From assembly GCF_006345805.1 (NCBI RefSeq), contig NW_021831962.1, positions 1 to 34,635 of the forward strand: a DNA stretch of 34,635 nt, in the 5' to 3' direction. Shown in pieces: positions 34,561 to 34,635 of this stretch. The stretch's first letter is position 1; each line of letters opens with the position of its first letter. Below the pieces are notes generated by a model. The model worked only from the letters and a program-made list of their open reading frames with translations. It had not been told where the DNA came from and ran no database searches. Source of the DNA: Octopus sinensis (taxonomy: Eukaryota). Made by a program: the position numbers and the translations under genes.

Positions 34561-34635
34561 TATTAAAAATAACTGTTATTTTTAAAAATTAAAAAATAAT
34601 AATTTTAAAGGTTTATAAGTTTCATATTTGACTTA

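Overview
AT-rich eukaryotic nuclear DNA, not prokaryotic. The host genes are split by very small GT-AG introns (20-29 nt where I could map them). Together with an animal-type gene (KCTD20/BTBD10), this fits a dicyemid mesozoan-like genome; that is inference, not verified. About 1-24 kb is a nested transposon graveyard. It holds Buster-type hAT pieces, a pogo/Tigger transposase, several Tc1/IS630 elements (two with both TIRs and TA TSDs), CRE-, RTE- and other LINE fragments, and a 3.1 kb R4/Dong-clade RLE retrotransposon. It also contains a decayed 18S rRNA fragment and a probable decayed D5-like (SF3) primase-helicase. From 24 kb onward there is a disrupted ERCC6L/PICH helicase, an intact stomatin gene, a Merlin (ISXO2-like) element with both TIRs and its TSD, and a KCTD20/BTBD10 gene. 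Three observations stand out. (1) Two unrelated DNA-transposon transposases (Merlin and pogo/Tigger) carry host-sized mini-introns. (2) A 42-nt U4-snRNA-like hairpin with an Sm-like site abuts the start of the R4-clade ORF, and a second copy of it is the insertion site of a Tc1. (3) There is a virus-like D5 helicase relic. Many frameshifts are single-base losses in homopolymers and may be assembly errors. All family calls come from reading motifs by eye; no searches were run.
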